From assembly GCF_006345805.1 (NCBI RefSeq), contig NC_043006.1:84382001-84446000 (forward strand): a DNA stretch of 64,000 nt, read 5' to 3'. Below are positions 13,480 to 27,262 of this stretch, in pieces. Source of the DNA: Octopus sinensis (taxonomy: Eukaryota). Each line of letters opens with the position of its first letter. Positions within the stretch are counted from its first letter, which is position 1. The translations under genes and the position numbers were made by a program. Below the pieces are notes generated by a model, which ran no database searches, had not been told where the DNA came from, and saw only the letters and a program-made list of their open reading frames with translations.

Positions 13480-14080
13480 TTGAGTCGATTTTGCCTTTCG
13501 GCCTTTCGGGGTCGATAAAATAAGTACCAGTTGAGCATTGGGGTCAATGTAATCGACTTACCTACTTATGCTGGCCTTATGCCAAAATTCTCCAGGCCTT
13601 GTGCCAAAATTTGAAATTATTATTCGTTGTGTAAGGCGGCAAGCTGGCAGAACCGTTAGCAGGCTGGGAAAAACGGTTAGCGGCACTACATCGACCCCAG
13701 TACTTGACTAGTACTTATTTCATCGACACCGAAAGGATGAAAAGCATAGTCGACCTCGGCGGAATTTGAACCCAGAACGTAAAACAGATGAAATGCCGTG
13801 AAGCATTTTTGTCAGGCGTGCTAACGATTCTGTCAGCTAGCTACCTTACCCTATGAATTAAAATTGGTTTCACATTTTGGCACAAGGCCAGCAATTTTTT
13901 TTTTTTTTTGTGGGCGGCTAAGTCGATTACATTGAATCCACGGCTCAACTGGTACTTATTTTACCGACACCCGAAAAGATAAAAGGCAAAGTCGACCTCG
14001 GTGGAAATTGAATCCAGAACGTAAAGACAGACGAAATACCGCCAAACATTGTTGTCCAGCATACTTGCCAGCTTGTTGCC
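13480..14080. mobile_element. Cluster of three SINE family B copies
   Basis: One plus copy (13480-13625) and two minus copies with GAAAGGATGAAA.GCA.AGTCGACCTCGG.GGAA.TTGAA core. Confidence 0.8.
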
Positions 14081-14496
14081 TTCCCATTAATCAATAATGA
14101 CTTCATAAAACAATAGCCTAATGCATTGCAGTACACTTATTCGCACAACATACATTCTATATATGTATGATGAGTGTATGATTACGCAACATACGAAAAC
14201 TGGTTTTATCAAAAGTTTTCTTCCTGGCACTAAAATTTTATGAACACTATAACAAAAGCTCTGTTATTTTTTAAAGAAGAGAAAACATACTAAAGGATAA
14301 CCTGTAGACAGATAAACCAGATAAACCCCAAAGACTCCCTATAGACAGCTTTGATATACGAAAAATTATCAATACGTATGTGTGTTTTGAATTTATTAAA
14401 TTTCAAGAGATGATACTGGCTCTGGTGGTTCTCCATTTCTTTTCATTTTTGTAATGGCTGTTTCGTTTATATTAAATTGTTTAGCAATTTCTATCT

Positions 14497-14884
14497 AACA
14501 TTTTCCAGTTTGAAATTGATTTAAATTTAAATTTCCATTTCTAGAGAAATCGATTTTCTTGTCCGTGTTTGGTTTGACATTTGAAAATCTATCATTCTGC
14601 CTCGAAAACATTTAACAAAATGAAAAAAAAAAGGAAAAAAAATTAAGTGCTACTTTAGCATACGGTCAATACAATACGCGCTCATGTACAGACGTACGTA
14701 CTATTTATACACACATTACATCAAAGAAGAAGGGAAATGAAAAATCGAAATGAAAACGAAACTCGAAGTGGTGTCTTGGGATACGTAAAGTAGAAGAGTT
14801 AAAAAAATCGACCAAAATTAAAACCGGGTCAAAGTTAAAACGTAAACACGTGCAAAGCGAGAACTTTGTAAACCGAGGGACAAT
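14497..14884 (+). repeat. Direct repeat copy 2 (paired with 12014-12335), with an extra internal block
   Basis: Same motifs as copy 1, plus CGATTTTCTTGTCCGTG...CCTCGAAAAC. Confidence 0.85.
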
Positions 14885-15018
14885 TTCATGCATGCATACA
14901 TACATACATACATACATACATACATGCATGCATACGCACACGCATATGTGCATGAAAACATATATGTCGTTAGTGGATTATATATCCAAAAAAGAACTCT
15001 CTAAAAGTTAGAGCAAAG

Positions 15019-15820
15019 AAATATATGTCCGGTCGTAAAATGACCAATGGTTTCGCATCCAAAAAGCGCTTAGCTTTATAGACGACTCGTCAGACTCTTA
15101 TGGCGGCGGGAATATAACCTCTTTTCAAACTAGAGGTAGAAAACCGTTACAGTCAGTTACTTTATAAAGAAAAGAATAATATACATTGTCTGAGCCTTAA
15201 ACGGTACGAGTTATCGCCTTTTGACCGGTCCGGTTGGCCAATTTTATGGACCAAAAGGGCGAACAGGCAATTCTCGCCCTTAGACTGATTCCGGTCCGCA
15301 AGTACTTTATACAGTCCTAATTAGCGAAACGGGAAATCCTACACCTGCAGCTGGTAGCGTTTGAAATGGGGACAGAAACTACAGATCTCGTATCTTGAGT
15401 TTAAGAGAGATCCCGGGTCCAGCGTGTCTTTAAGCATCCTTGCTCAATCTGTTATGCAAAGCTTGCATCGTCCACTCCCGTTTATATAGGACCCCGGCTG
15501 CTCTATGACCCTCCATTTAACTTCGTATGGAGTTCCTTCATCTTTAAGGCACCACACATGGCTGGCCAAAGATGTGACTAACGTTGTTGTTGCCGCTGCT
15601 GTTGTTGCAGCTGTCATCAGTGCTGTTATTACAGGGTGCGGATTTAATTGTTGCTGTAGTTGTTACCGTTGCAGTCGTCGTTCCGGCTATAACGGTTTTC
15701 TACCATCAGTTTGAAGAGAGGTTATAAACCCGCGGCCATTGGAGTCTGACCAGTCATCTATAAAGCAAAGCGCTTTATAGATGCGAAACCATTGGTCACT
15801 TTATGACCTGACATATATTT
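15019..15820. mobile_element. ~800-bp element with ~130-bp imperfect terminal inverted repeats
   Basis: 15019-15152 (AAATATATGTCCGGTCGTAAAATGACCAATGGTTTCGCATC...GTAGAAAACCGTTA) is the reverse complement of 15687-15820. Confidence 0.75.
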
Positions 15821-16500
15821 AACTTTATGTAAATACATATACAGGGCCTGTCGGTCAAAGTTGGTCATGCCCCTATACATCTGTGCACAAACCTAGATAA
15901 GATTTTTCGAGGAAGACAAGCAGTTGGACATACAAGCAAATCTTTCCCCTTTCCGCCAGCAATGTTTATCCAACATCAAAGAGAAAAGTAGCAAACTTGG
16001 ACAGTTACCATTTGGATCGAGAGTGACCGTCATACGTATCGCTGTGAGGCTGCAAAGATCCGAAATAGATATTGCAAGGTATCTTGCTCGACACTAAAAT
16101 AGTTTGATAATCCCGAAACGCTATCGTCCTGAATTGGTATCTTTTTATCGATCCCAATCGCATAAAAATTGAAGTCGGTGCGATTTAAACTCAGACCGCT
16201 TTGTCCAAGGAACTGGTTTTGCACCTCAACCAGGGATGGTGGGGGAAGAAAAGAAAATGACCAAAATGCACTTTTTATGTTGCTAAATTCATCTTCATAG
16301 GTACAAATCTTACATCATCTCTGTCACATCTATTTCTCTTCGATCAGGTTCTATTAAATGGGCTTTTAAATATGTTATACTGAAATCAATATCGCCAATC
16401 TTAAATGAAAAAAAGAGTCCTGCACTTTTGACGGATTAACTCGCAGTTTTATGTGCACAGACTCTATATAAATAGATTTCCTCGAAATCACGTATATACA

Positions 16501-16534
<34 letters not shown>

Positions 16535-16620
16535 TGTATATACGTGATTTCAATGAAATCTATTCATATATATATATATATACATACACACATACATGCA
16601 TACATACATGCATACATACA

Positions 16621-16658
<38 letters not shown>

Positions 16659-17284
16659 ATTTTTCCTTACTGTCCCCCCTCTCTCCCTTTCATTTCTCTC
16701 TCATCCTTTCTCTAATTCTTTTTTCTCTCCTGAGAAAAAGTTCTGAGGTCGATTTCTTCGATTAAAAGACCCTTTAAGGTGGTGCTCCAACATGGCCGCA
16801 GTCAAGATAACTGAAACAAGTAAAAAATAAAAGAATACAAATATCATGTAGTTAGGGTTATAATTCAAGTTATGTCACGTGTTTCTCCTACATGTACAAT
16901 CTTGTAACTTTTATTAGCAAATGAAACACGTCTAAAGGTGAAGAAATAATACCATCAATATTTTTCAATCTCCAGTTTTGATATAAATAGACATAATATT
17001 ATTTTAAACAGCTTGATTCGGTTCCATGCAACGTAAAGTTTTGTTGGCTTCTAACAGAAACTTAACTCAACGGTCTCATGTAGCTAGCTTTCTGTAGGAA
17101 GCCTACGAAAGTTTAAGGCGCATGGGTCACATAAACTGTTTTAAATAATGATATATATGGAATCCCTACTAAATCTGTTGAGTGCTTCTTTCTTTCGTTT
17201 GTCAACTCATATATATATATATAATATATATATATATATTATATATATATATATATTATATATATATATATATATAGTTAATCC

Positions 17285-17480
17285 AGGCATGAGAACACAA
17301 AGAGAAAACACAACAACGCGAGGACGTGGAACAAATATAGTGTTATTGGACGCTCAGGAAAGGAAAGAAAGAATGAGGAGTTAACGTTTCGAGCGGTCTC
17401 TCTTCGTCAGAAACATAGGAAAAGGAAAGCGCCAAGGAAGGGAAGACAGAAGAAAAAATCGATACAGACGCGGTCGCATA
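17285..17480 (-). mobile_element. Short repeat carrying a hammerhead fold at 17379-17415
   Basis: Minus: GTTT CTGACGA A GAG AGACCG CTC GAAA CGTT AAC; tail CCACGTCCTCGCGTTGTTG is shared with 48430-48640. Confidence 0.65.
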
Positions 17481-18123
17481 TTGAATATACATACATAGAT
17501 ATACATACATGTATGCATACATCGGGAAAACTGTTATGAATGTACATACATTCACATTTACTGAGTCCTGTCTTTGTCATTACTTTGATTTACGCCAATC
17601 TATGGTTCATGAAAGTGCGTGTGCATTTGAATACACACTCGCGCACCCGTGTGTGTGTGTGTGTGTGTATACATATGTTCTTGTATGTATGTTTGTATGT
17701 ATGTATTTATATATGCATGCATGTATGTATGTCATTATTCAGTTTTATTTCAAAATGTTTTACCAATAGAGAAAGAGCTGGTTTCTAGCCTAGATCCAAG
17801 GTTCCTTCATTGGAATTTCAACATCAACAACAGGGTATTTTTGTATGTATGTATGTATGTATGTATGTATGTGTGCCGATTTGTATATTTTGTTTTATGT
17901 CTAGGTTCTCATGCATATACTTGCATATCTAGACATGCTCATATATACTTAAACGATAAATTTCTGGAAAGTTTTACAGATTTTTACAGTTCCATGATGC
18001 CTTAGAACTATAGTCTTCGAATCAGCTTTCTTTTTTCTGGTTTTGAGAAGCCTAATTTCTTAAGATTGGTATTTAGGCAGTGTGTTACATATCCCAGGTA
18101 TTTTTCAGTTATAACAGAACACA

Positions 18124-18159
<36 letters not shown>

Positions 18160-19092
18160 GTATATGTGTGTGTGTATACATACACACACAAATATATGTA
18201 CATATACACATACCGAGACTCCTCACGCACAATGACCTCCTCTCCTTCAATCGTTCAATTTAAGTTACAGTAACAACTGAGATTTGGAACCAAACTATGT
18301 TTGGTCCAATACATTTCTGTGGAAATATTGGAAGCAGATTTCTTTGATGTCAGAAGCTTTAAAATCATGCTTCATTGATTTACATATTCCTGCATTTAGC
18401 TTTCCAAAATATCTTGATTTGTATGGCGTTTCTCTTTAACAATTCCTGTTATTTGCTTCTTCCTATCTGAATGGCTGACTCTCTGTCTCTGATAACCTCT
18501 CTCTCTCTCTTTCTCCATCTCTCTCCCTCTCTCTTTCTCTCTCTCTTTCTCTCTTCTCAAACACGAAGATATGAGGTATATACATGTTCTTGTGTATGGT
18601 GTTATTCACAATCTTAAGTGAAAGTACGTAGTTTTATCTGTGTTTTTCATAGATTTTATATATGCATGTATGGCTGTGCATTACTACACAATTTATGCTT
18701 AACTATATAATTATGTGTGTGTATGTATGTGTATGTATTAGGAGGTGGTCGGAGGAGTAGGCGCAATGTCTGTGGCAAATGTAAAGACTTCGAATGTCGG
18801 TCATATTGCTGTGATTGATGTTCTATTTAAACATCTCTATGTCGCCCCGGGTGGGAAATGAAAAAAAATATCATAAGGAGGGGAAATGAGAGAAGTTGGT
18901 CTGAGATGAAATAATTAGGAGAATTCTTTGGTAGTGCCTCTAGGAGGTACTACTTCTTGTGGGGTAGACGGTGGTGTAGGACGCAAATCTGTTCGGTGTG
19001 GGTTAACGTAACGCCAAACAACAGCAATGATAAAATATTGGTTAATTCTAATTCATATATACACGCTCACATACATACGTAAATAATTAGTT

Positions 19093-19179
<87 letters not shown>

Positions 19180-19307
19180 AATCTTTTGTCAATGAAGAGG
19201 TCGGAGTTTCGAGCGACGGAAATTTTTACATCATATTAAAGATAAATGTTTAAGCGAAGTTGGCAGTTTTGCTTATTTCTGAACCGCTAACTTCCACGCA
19301 CCAATCG

Positions 19308-19351
<44 letters not shown>

Positions 19352-19502
19352 ATATATATATATATATATGTACATTCATACATTCTTCCCGAGCGTCAAA
19401 CTAATACACCTGCTTGTTCCTACACCTGTCTTCGTCTTGTTTTCTGTAAATTCAAACTATATATATATATATAATAATATATATTATATAATTGTACATA
19501 CA

Positions 19503-19545
<43 letters not shown>

Positions 19546-19703
19546 GGTTATGAGAGGTAATGTTATCAATAAGACCCAAAGGTTTCAGGTAATGCTGAAT
19601 AAGTATTATGGATAGACCGAAGTTAAGCTCGAGGTTCTGTGATTATGCGAATAAGGAGTCCAACGTAGGCCATATATCAGCATGTATATATATATATATT
19701 TTT

Positions 19704-19913
19704 TCAGAATGAGATAAAAAAACCAAGGGTGTGAAAATTTTAGAACATTTATAAATAGAAGGTCTTACAGCTGTTTCCAGAATATTTATTATATTCATCA
19801 TCTCGCACCGTTTCCGATGAAGGGATATAATAAATATCCTGGAAACATCTGTAAGACCTTCTATTTATAAATGTTCTAAAATCTTTTCAGCCTTGGTTTT
19901 TCATCCCATTCTG
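19704..19913. mobile_element. Fold-back element (~95-bp arms) with hammerhead-like motif at 19810-19857
   Basis: 19704-19799 is the reverse complement of 19816-19913; plus strand has CCGATGA AGGGATAT..ATATCCTG GAAA CATCT GTA AGAC; second copy at 43490-43600. Confidence 0.75.
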
Positions 19914-19915
19914 AT

Positions 19916-20007
<92 letters not shown>

Positions 20008-20109
20008 ATACAGTGGTACTCCAGCATGACCGCAGCTGCACGACTGAAACGAATAAAAGAATGTATGTATGTATGTAATGTATGTATGTATGTATGTATG
20101 AATCAGAAC

Positions 20110-20525
20110 ACTTTAGAATCGGGTTCCAGTGCACATTTCATAGATGGTCCGGTATGCATCATTAGTGATGTTTCTGGGATCTTTGGTCGGATTTAGGGAT
20201 ATCAACTTCAGACCCCAGCAGAGCCCAGTTAACCTTTCAGCAAACTACCTCTCTGTTCTCTTTATCCAAAATCATCGAATGATATTCTCTACAGCTTCCG
20301 TACTGTGAGTGCGTAGACCTTTTTGCTGCACTAGTAACTGCAACACCAGCTAGACCTTCAGCATACAGAATTAGCTTGCAACCTGCCCAACAGCCGTGGT
20401 TTATTCCTCTCTGCTCTACTCGTTTTTGGTACTGGTATTTGGCAAGCTTTCTCTCACGAACCTCTTCCATGTTTTCTTCCCAAGGCGCAGTCAATTTGCG
20501 CAAGAACACCTGTTTGAACGAATTT
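20110..20525 (-). mobile_element. 3' fragment of a Hero-type RLE non-LTR retrotransposon
   Basis: ORF 20237..20509 has KLTAPWEENMEEVRERKLAKY, matching the ELTVPWE...ERK..KY RLE motif, followed by GC.G.AG; 3' UTR has CCCAGAAACATCACTAATGATG. Confidence 0.75.
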
Positions 20526-21614
20526 GAGAAGATAACTTATGTTTGGGTGGAGTGTCATCCTTGTCGGCGTCATCACTATCCTCGTTGTCGCTACCACCAC
20601 CACCACCACCACCACCGTCATCATTGTTGTCATCATCATCTTCATCACCATCACCATAGTCGGCGTCGTCAATAACAATACCAGTTACATTGCTCACTGC
20701 CACCCAATTATTTATCGTTTCTTCTTCTTCTTCTTCTTCTTCTTCTTCTTCTTCTTCTTCTTCTTCTTCTTCTTCTTCTTCTCTTCTTCTTCTTCTTCTT
20801 CTTCTCTTCTTCTTCTTCTTATTTTCTCCTTATTATCGCCATTATTGTAATATTTCTTGTACCGTTGTTCTTGTTTTTCTTCCTTCCTCCTGCTGGTATT
20901 GCTGCCGTTGCTGTTGTTATTGTTATAGTTGTGGTTGCTGCAGCTGCTGCTGCTATGGATGCTTGTTCTTCTTGCACACTAATTGCTAACAAGTTTCCTT
21001 TTCGTTCTCTTTCTTTTTCTTTCACTTTTCTTTAAAAAAAGACCAACATAACACAATACTAACGACAGCTGCATTATATTGGTTCGTTGTTGAAGCTGTT
21101 GCTGTTGTTGTTTGTTTGATGATATGGCTGTTGTTCTTGCAGTTGTTGTTTCTACTTGTACACTAAGTCCGCCATAAGTGCCATTGTGTCAAAAGAGTAC
21201 TCAACGCAATAATAGGAGCGGCTGAACTGGTGCTATGGTCGTTATTGTTGCAACTATTCTTGATGTAGTTGTTGTTGTTATTGTTGTTGTCATCAATTCT
21301 GTTGTTATTGATAGTGTCGACATTGCAATTACTTTTGCTGTTGCGGTTAATAATCAGTCAACAGGGAATAACTGCAGATGATACGGACTAGCTTTCTATG
21401 TTTTTAAAAAAAATATTTATATCGACATAAGTCGGTATGTGTGTACGTGTATGTGTCTGTGTAAATGTGTGTGCATGCCTCTGGTGTGTGTATGCAGGTA
21501 TAAATATATGTAATAATACGTATGTGTGTGTGTGTATACGTATGTGTTTCAATGCTTGTGTGCATGTGCAACTGTTTGTCTCTGTGAGTAGAAGAGTCTG
21601 TTTCACACATACGC

Positions 21615-21795
21615 ACCTCTCCTTTCTTCCCTCTCCTTGTTTCTCTCCTTGTTTTTTCTGTGTCCCTTTCTGTAGAAGAGCGTAGGCTCGAAACGTAAAA
21701 AACTTTTTCTATTCCTGAGCGTTATACTAATACATCTGTTTGTTTTGTACACCAGCTGTCTTCGTCTTTTGTTTTTTTCGTAAACTCTCCCTATA
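21615..21795 (+). mobile_element. Short repeat with CUGU-core hammerhead-like fold at 21666-21701
   Basis: CTTT CTGTAGA A GAGC GTAG GCTC GAAA CGTA AAA; homologous to 55985-56150 and 63180-63335. Confidence 0.7.
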
Positions 21796-22369
21796 TATAT
21801 ATATATATATATATATGTACAAATAAATGGGTTTGTACATATATGTATGCGTGCGTATATGTGTACACACACACACACACACACACACACACCCACATAC
21901 ATATAAAATAAGACAAAAGTCAGATAATCAGATAGTCATATGCGTCGTCAAAAACTGAATTATTTCGAATTTAACTCAACAGAAAGAATACAGGGAAATT
22001 GTAGTGTGAGGAGGAAAATCGAAAGTGTTGGACACAGTCTTCGACAATGAACAGTTAACAAGAGAGAAATTAAGAAAACAGTAGAATTTTACGTCCTCTT
22101 TGTTTGAGAAACTGGCATAGAGGAATCAAAGCTATGCTGTGCCTTTCTTAATTTCATTCATGTCAATATTTTCGTGAAAAGCGACTCAGTCCGAAACGTA
22201 TGCTTTTTCTTTCCCCACAGCAATTTCGCTGCATTATTTCTTCTCCACACACACACACACACACACAAATTAATTTATTAGGAAACAGACTACTGGAGAT
22301 ATAACTTCCGTTTGCGTCTATCTTAGATAATATTTCTTTTTTATTATTATACATGATTCCCGTCGAGGT

Positions 22370-22705
22370 CGACTTTGCCCTTCATCCTTTTGGGGTCAAT
22401 AAATTAACTACCAGTTGCGTACTGGAGTCGATCTAATCGACTAGCCCCCTCTCCAAAAATTTCGGGCCTTGTGCCTAGAGCAGAAAAGAATATTTAAGGC
22501 AACGGGCTGGCAGAAATGTTAGCACGCCAGGCGAAATGCTTAGCGGTATTTCGTCTGTCTTTATGTTCTGAGTTCAAATTCCGCCGAGGTCGACTTTGCC
22601 TTTCTCCTTTTGGGGTCGAAAATTAAGTACCAGTTGCGTACTGGGGCCGATCTAATCGACTGTCCCCCTCCCCAAAAGTTTCCGGCCTTGTGCCCAGAGT
22701 AGATA
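22370..22705 (+). mobile_element. Two tandem SINE family B copies (tail type 2)
   Basis: GAGGTCGACTTTGCC..TCATCCTTT.GGGGTC core twice, each ending GGCCTTGTGCC.AGAG.AGA. Confidence 0.85.
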
Positions 22706-22828
22706 ATTCATTAGATTTACTTTTATAATCCATTTGGCAGATTCAGTCTAATAGAAGTGCTTAACTTTTAGCATTATAGATCGGCTATATGCATATATCC
22801 ATCAGCTTTTATATGAGCCTATAATATA

Positions 22829-22874
<46 letters not shown>

Positions 22875-23093
22875 TGTGTGTGTATACGTGTATATATGCA
22901 TATTTGTGCATGTGTGTATGTATTCCTGAATGTGCTTATATAGGCGTGTATCTGCTAGGATTTTCTATGTATGTATGTGCATGAATTTATACATTCATGT
23001 ATGTGTGTGCATAGATGTATATCTATATCTATATACATGTGTCTATAGGTACATATATATATATATATATAATATATATATATATATATAATA

Positions 23094-23458
23094 CTAGCAG
23101 TATCGCCCGGCGTTGCTCAGGTTTGTAAGGGAAATAACTATAAAGCATTTTTAGAGAGTTATAGCCAAAAAATAGCAAAAAAATGGAAAAAAATTATGGT
23201 AAATTTTTTTTTGAGAGTTAGAAAAGGTCGAGTTGCGTCCCCTAGACAGTCTGGGGTTTGTGTTTCTGATTCTCGACCCCATGTCGAATTTATCGATTTT
23301 TTTCAGAACTGGGGGAACTTTTCAAAATTTTCCCTGCGTCAGTTTTGAATTATGACATTGGGCTATGTGTGTGTCAAGTTCATCAGAATCGGTTGAAGCC
23401 GTGGTCAGAGTGAGGGTACAAACAAACAGACACCAGAAACACACAGAGACAAACTGCC

Positions 23459-23470
<12 letters not shown>
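23094..23470 (-). mobile_element. Non-autonomous Helitron-like element
   Basis: Minus-strand 3' end is a CCTGAGCAACGCCGGG hairpin, then CGATACTG CTAG|T; 5' end merges into (TA)n and contains ACAGA-type repeats. Confidence 0.7.
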
Positions 23471-23518
<48 letters not shown>

Positions 23519-24933
23519 GTATGCATACATCTGTATGCATGTGATTTTATAATAAGTATATATGTGTTTTGTATGCAATTATGTCAGTATGTACTTATAC
23601 GTATGTATATATAGATATATATATTTCTGTGTACTAATGTTTGCTGTGGTTATATGTATATCAATGCTTAAAGAATATACAGCTGTGTGCATCTTTTAGT
23701 ATGTTAATGCTTATGTGTATATGCTTCTATATAGGTGTGAATATGGTTTTAATTTCACAACAGTTCATGGAAATAGAAATTATTTTGAGGTGTAGTTCGA
23801 AAATGTGATCGAAATTAAGTTTCATAAATTTTTATAAGCAGTCTATGGACCCGTTGACCCAATTTGAAAATTACTGTTGTTCAACATTATTTCTCGGTTT
23901 AATGTTTATAACTCCACCTATCTGTTCCCTATTGAATTCATTTATATTATATTTTATATGTACTTTTATATACTTTTTAAAACGGTTTTCTAAAAATATT
24001 TTTTAGTACTTATTGTAACTGCTCTACTTCCTCTCCCTATCCCTTCTCGTCTTTTGTTATCATTAAGGATGGCCAATTCCCTGAACTTAGATCCAACACC
24101 TTAACTGATATGAAACAACATATATTTATTTTTTCTTATAGGCGCAGGAGTGGCTGTATGGTAAAATGTCTTATTGACGAGTTTCATTTCTTCACTTCCT
24201 GAAGAAACGATTACATTGTTTTACACCATTTATTCCTTTGGAATAATATCAGTGATATCTTCGAAACATGTGTCGGAAGTAAAAGTATTTGAATTATACC
24301 TGCGTTAAACTCCATTTATTTATATATTATATAAAAAATTCCACGTAAACACGAAGTTTCTACCTTTAAAAACAAGGAGTTACAACCTTTTGTGTGATTT
24401 TTTTGCTACCCTGGTAACTATTTATCTATTTTTTCCGTGTTAATTGTTAACAAGTGAAAAATACACGCATATATATATGTATATATGGTCGGTCGTTGGC
24501 GACTAAACTGGCAACCCCACCAAGCTTGCTTGGAGAGGACGATGATTGTTGGACACCCTGCGGGACGAAAAATAGAATCCGGCAAAGGCAGATGAACTAA
24601 TGAGTAGTCAACAGCTATTCAGTAATGTGTGTGTGTGTATGTGGAATATATATATTGTATATTTTAAAACTTCTTTTTATATTTATATTTTCATACGTCT
24701 TTTTATTTTCTCACTTTTTAATAAAATATTTTCATATTCTATTACTTTCTATTATATTCTGTTTCTACACACACACATATACACACACACACATATTATA
24801 TGTATAACATTTTATATTTATACATATTTATATTTCCTTTTATATCCCCTTGGATATCCATACACGCATGTACATACATACGTACATACATGCATGCATT
24901 GGTACATACATACACTCACACAAACACATACAG

Positions 24934-24982
<49 letters not shown>

Positions 24983-25330
24983 AATCCAAAGCAATATGCG
25001 GGTGTAATGAGGGTGGTATGTTCCAGGCGTTACATAGGACTGTAGGACTGAGTGGTGCTTTGGCATCGTTAAACTTCCTATATGACATAAACTGAGTGTA
25101 TTCGTTAAAGAGGAGAACAACACAAAAACTTTTGAAAGCCATGGAGTAATAATAAAGTCTGTGTTATGTTCTTCCTGTCCCCACATCCGCCACCCTAACC
25201 ACAATTATTATTATCATTATTATTGAGTGAAATGCCATCAAAGTGACACTGGGGTACAATCATACGGAGCACAATATGCTGCTGCTGCTGCTTCCTCCTC
25301 CTCCTCCTCCTCCTCCTCCTCCTCCTCTTC

Positions 25331-25366
<36 letters not shown>

Positions 25367-25479
25367 ATACTACTACTACTACTATCGTAGTTGTTATTGT
25401 TATTATTATATTGATGTTTTGTTGTTTTGCTGTTGTTCTTTTCCTTCTTCTTCTTCTTCTCTTCTTCTTCTTCTTCTTC

Positions 25480-25515
<36 letters not shown>

Positions 25516-25959
25516 CTTCTGTCTTCAAAATTTGTTCTATTTCTCGCCGAGTGCTTTCCGTACACCTTGAGCAGAGAAGCTCATTCTGTGCATTCCCAGA
25601 TTACACACGAAAATTCACAGGCAAAATATGTATTTAGAAAATTAATAAATAAATACATTCATGAATGGATGTTTTCACAGCGATAATGCTCTTCTCATTA
25701 CATGAGTCTTTCCAGTTAAGTCAATTGTTTGCACTTCCTGTAGGGATGGTAAGCCTGGTATCATTTTCAAATAGGTTTCAGTACTTTTTTTTTTATCATT
25801 CCTAGATATCCTACAATCACTGGTACTGTAGTCGCCTTGAGATGCTACATTTCTTAAATTTCTCTCAGTAAGTCTTTACATTTACTGAGCTTGTCAAATT
25901 CTTTCGTCGCAATATTGTGATCACAAGGAATACTCATGTCAATTATTATTGTTATTATT

Positions 25960-25960
25960 A

Positions 25961-26004
<44 letters not shown>

Positions 26005-26320
26005 GTTCAGATCACTGCTTGGAATCGAACTCGGAATCTTGGGGTTAGTAGCCGGGCATATGGAGTAGTGGTGAAGAGCGCGGGCTACTAACCCCAAGAT
26101 TCCGAGTTCGATTCCAAGCAGTGACCTGAACAACAGCAACAACAACAACAATAATAATAACATCGAAAAATACCTTAGGATTGAAAACCCAGGTTCGAAA
26201 TTTTCCGAAGACACCTGAAGAAATCTGGAGGGTATATCAGCCGAAACGTTGTGTTAACAAAAAAACAAGACGAGAACAAATATCCGTCAAATATAAATAA
26301 TGTAAATAATGTAAAAACCA
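25960..26320 (+). mobile_element. tRNA-headed, hammerhead-bearing SINE-like element with inverted 5' duplication (copy 1)
   Basis: Head 26054-26125 (TGGAGTAGTGG A box, GAGTTCGATTCC B box), (AAC/AAT)n linker, hammerhead 26210-26255; 25960-26053 is an inverted copy of head plus linker. Confidence 0.8.
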
Positions 26321-26549
26321 TTATTTATTAATATTTCTTTGTATTTCATTTTACTTATATATCCTATATTTATATGTTTATTAATCATTCGATCCTATGT
26401 AAACCCGTACACTTCCTTTCTGTCTTAATATCGTGCCCTCATCTCATTTGATTTTCTGGAGGCATGTAACAGAAATCGTCGTTGTCATCACGACGACGAC
26501 GATGACCACCAGCAGCAGCAGCAGCAGCAGCAGCACCACCACCACCACC

Positions 26550-26583
<34 letters not shown>

Positions 26584-26663
26584 TCATCATCACCGTCAAC
26601 ATCATCATCAACAAAATCAAGAAGTACAAGAACAAAAATGCCCATTCTTCGTCATTATTATTA

Positions 26664-26706
<43 letters not shown>

Positions 26707-26707
<1 letters not shown>

Positions 26708-27262
26708 GAGTGAGAGAAACAGTTCATGCCATCAAAGTGACACTGGGGTAAAATATACGAAGCCCAATATACCCATCATGACTACCCGTCTGATAAAGGT
26801 ACACCAGGCACATGCATCACAACCATATGTGCGCGACATGGTGATCTCATATCAGATAAACAGCACATGACCTTGCAGGTGGGGCCCAGTTAGAATGTTC
26901 TTCAGGTTGAGTAGCCCATCCCGCTCAAACGGTCCCTGACTAAGGGTTGTTTAAGGATGTTGAAAGAACCACCCATGTTTCCAGAGGTGAACTATTCAAC
27001 CCCAAAGAATCCCTCTCAACACATGGCTATGATGCTCCCCCACTACTTCTGCTCATGATCAGAGATGCCCATATCGTCAGCCACTAAGGGACATGCTCAA
27101 CTGGTTAAGGTCAAACAACTGACAAGCAAATCTGTGGTATTGAGCAGAATATTTGCTGTAGCCCATCTTTTATACCAAGACAAAACAATGTACATGATAA
27201 CACTTCCAATCAGTTAAGATCAGAAGCCATGAGAGCCACTGCCTGGTACTGCATCAGGGCAT
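26707..27262 (-). mobile_element. ~555-bp non-coding interspersed repeat ending in (AAT)n
   Basis: Minus 3' end CCCCAGTGTCACTTTGATGGCAT...CACTCAATAATAAT; the same terminus occurs at ~25215-25257 next to (TTA)n; 42-bp internal duplication at 27265-27306. Confidence 0.65.

Noticed and set aside
24190-24280. CTGAAGA...GAAACATGTGTC hammerhead-like sequence
   Set aside because: Stems I and II compete with core nucleotides for pairing; single copy; too ambiguous.
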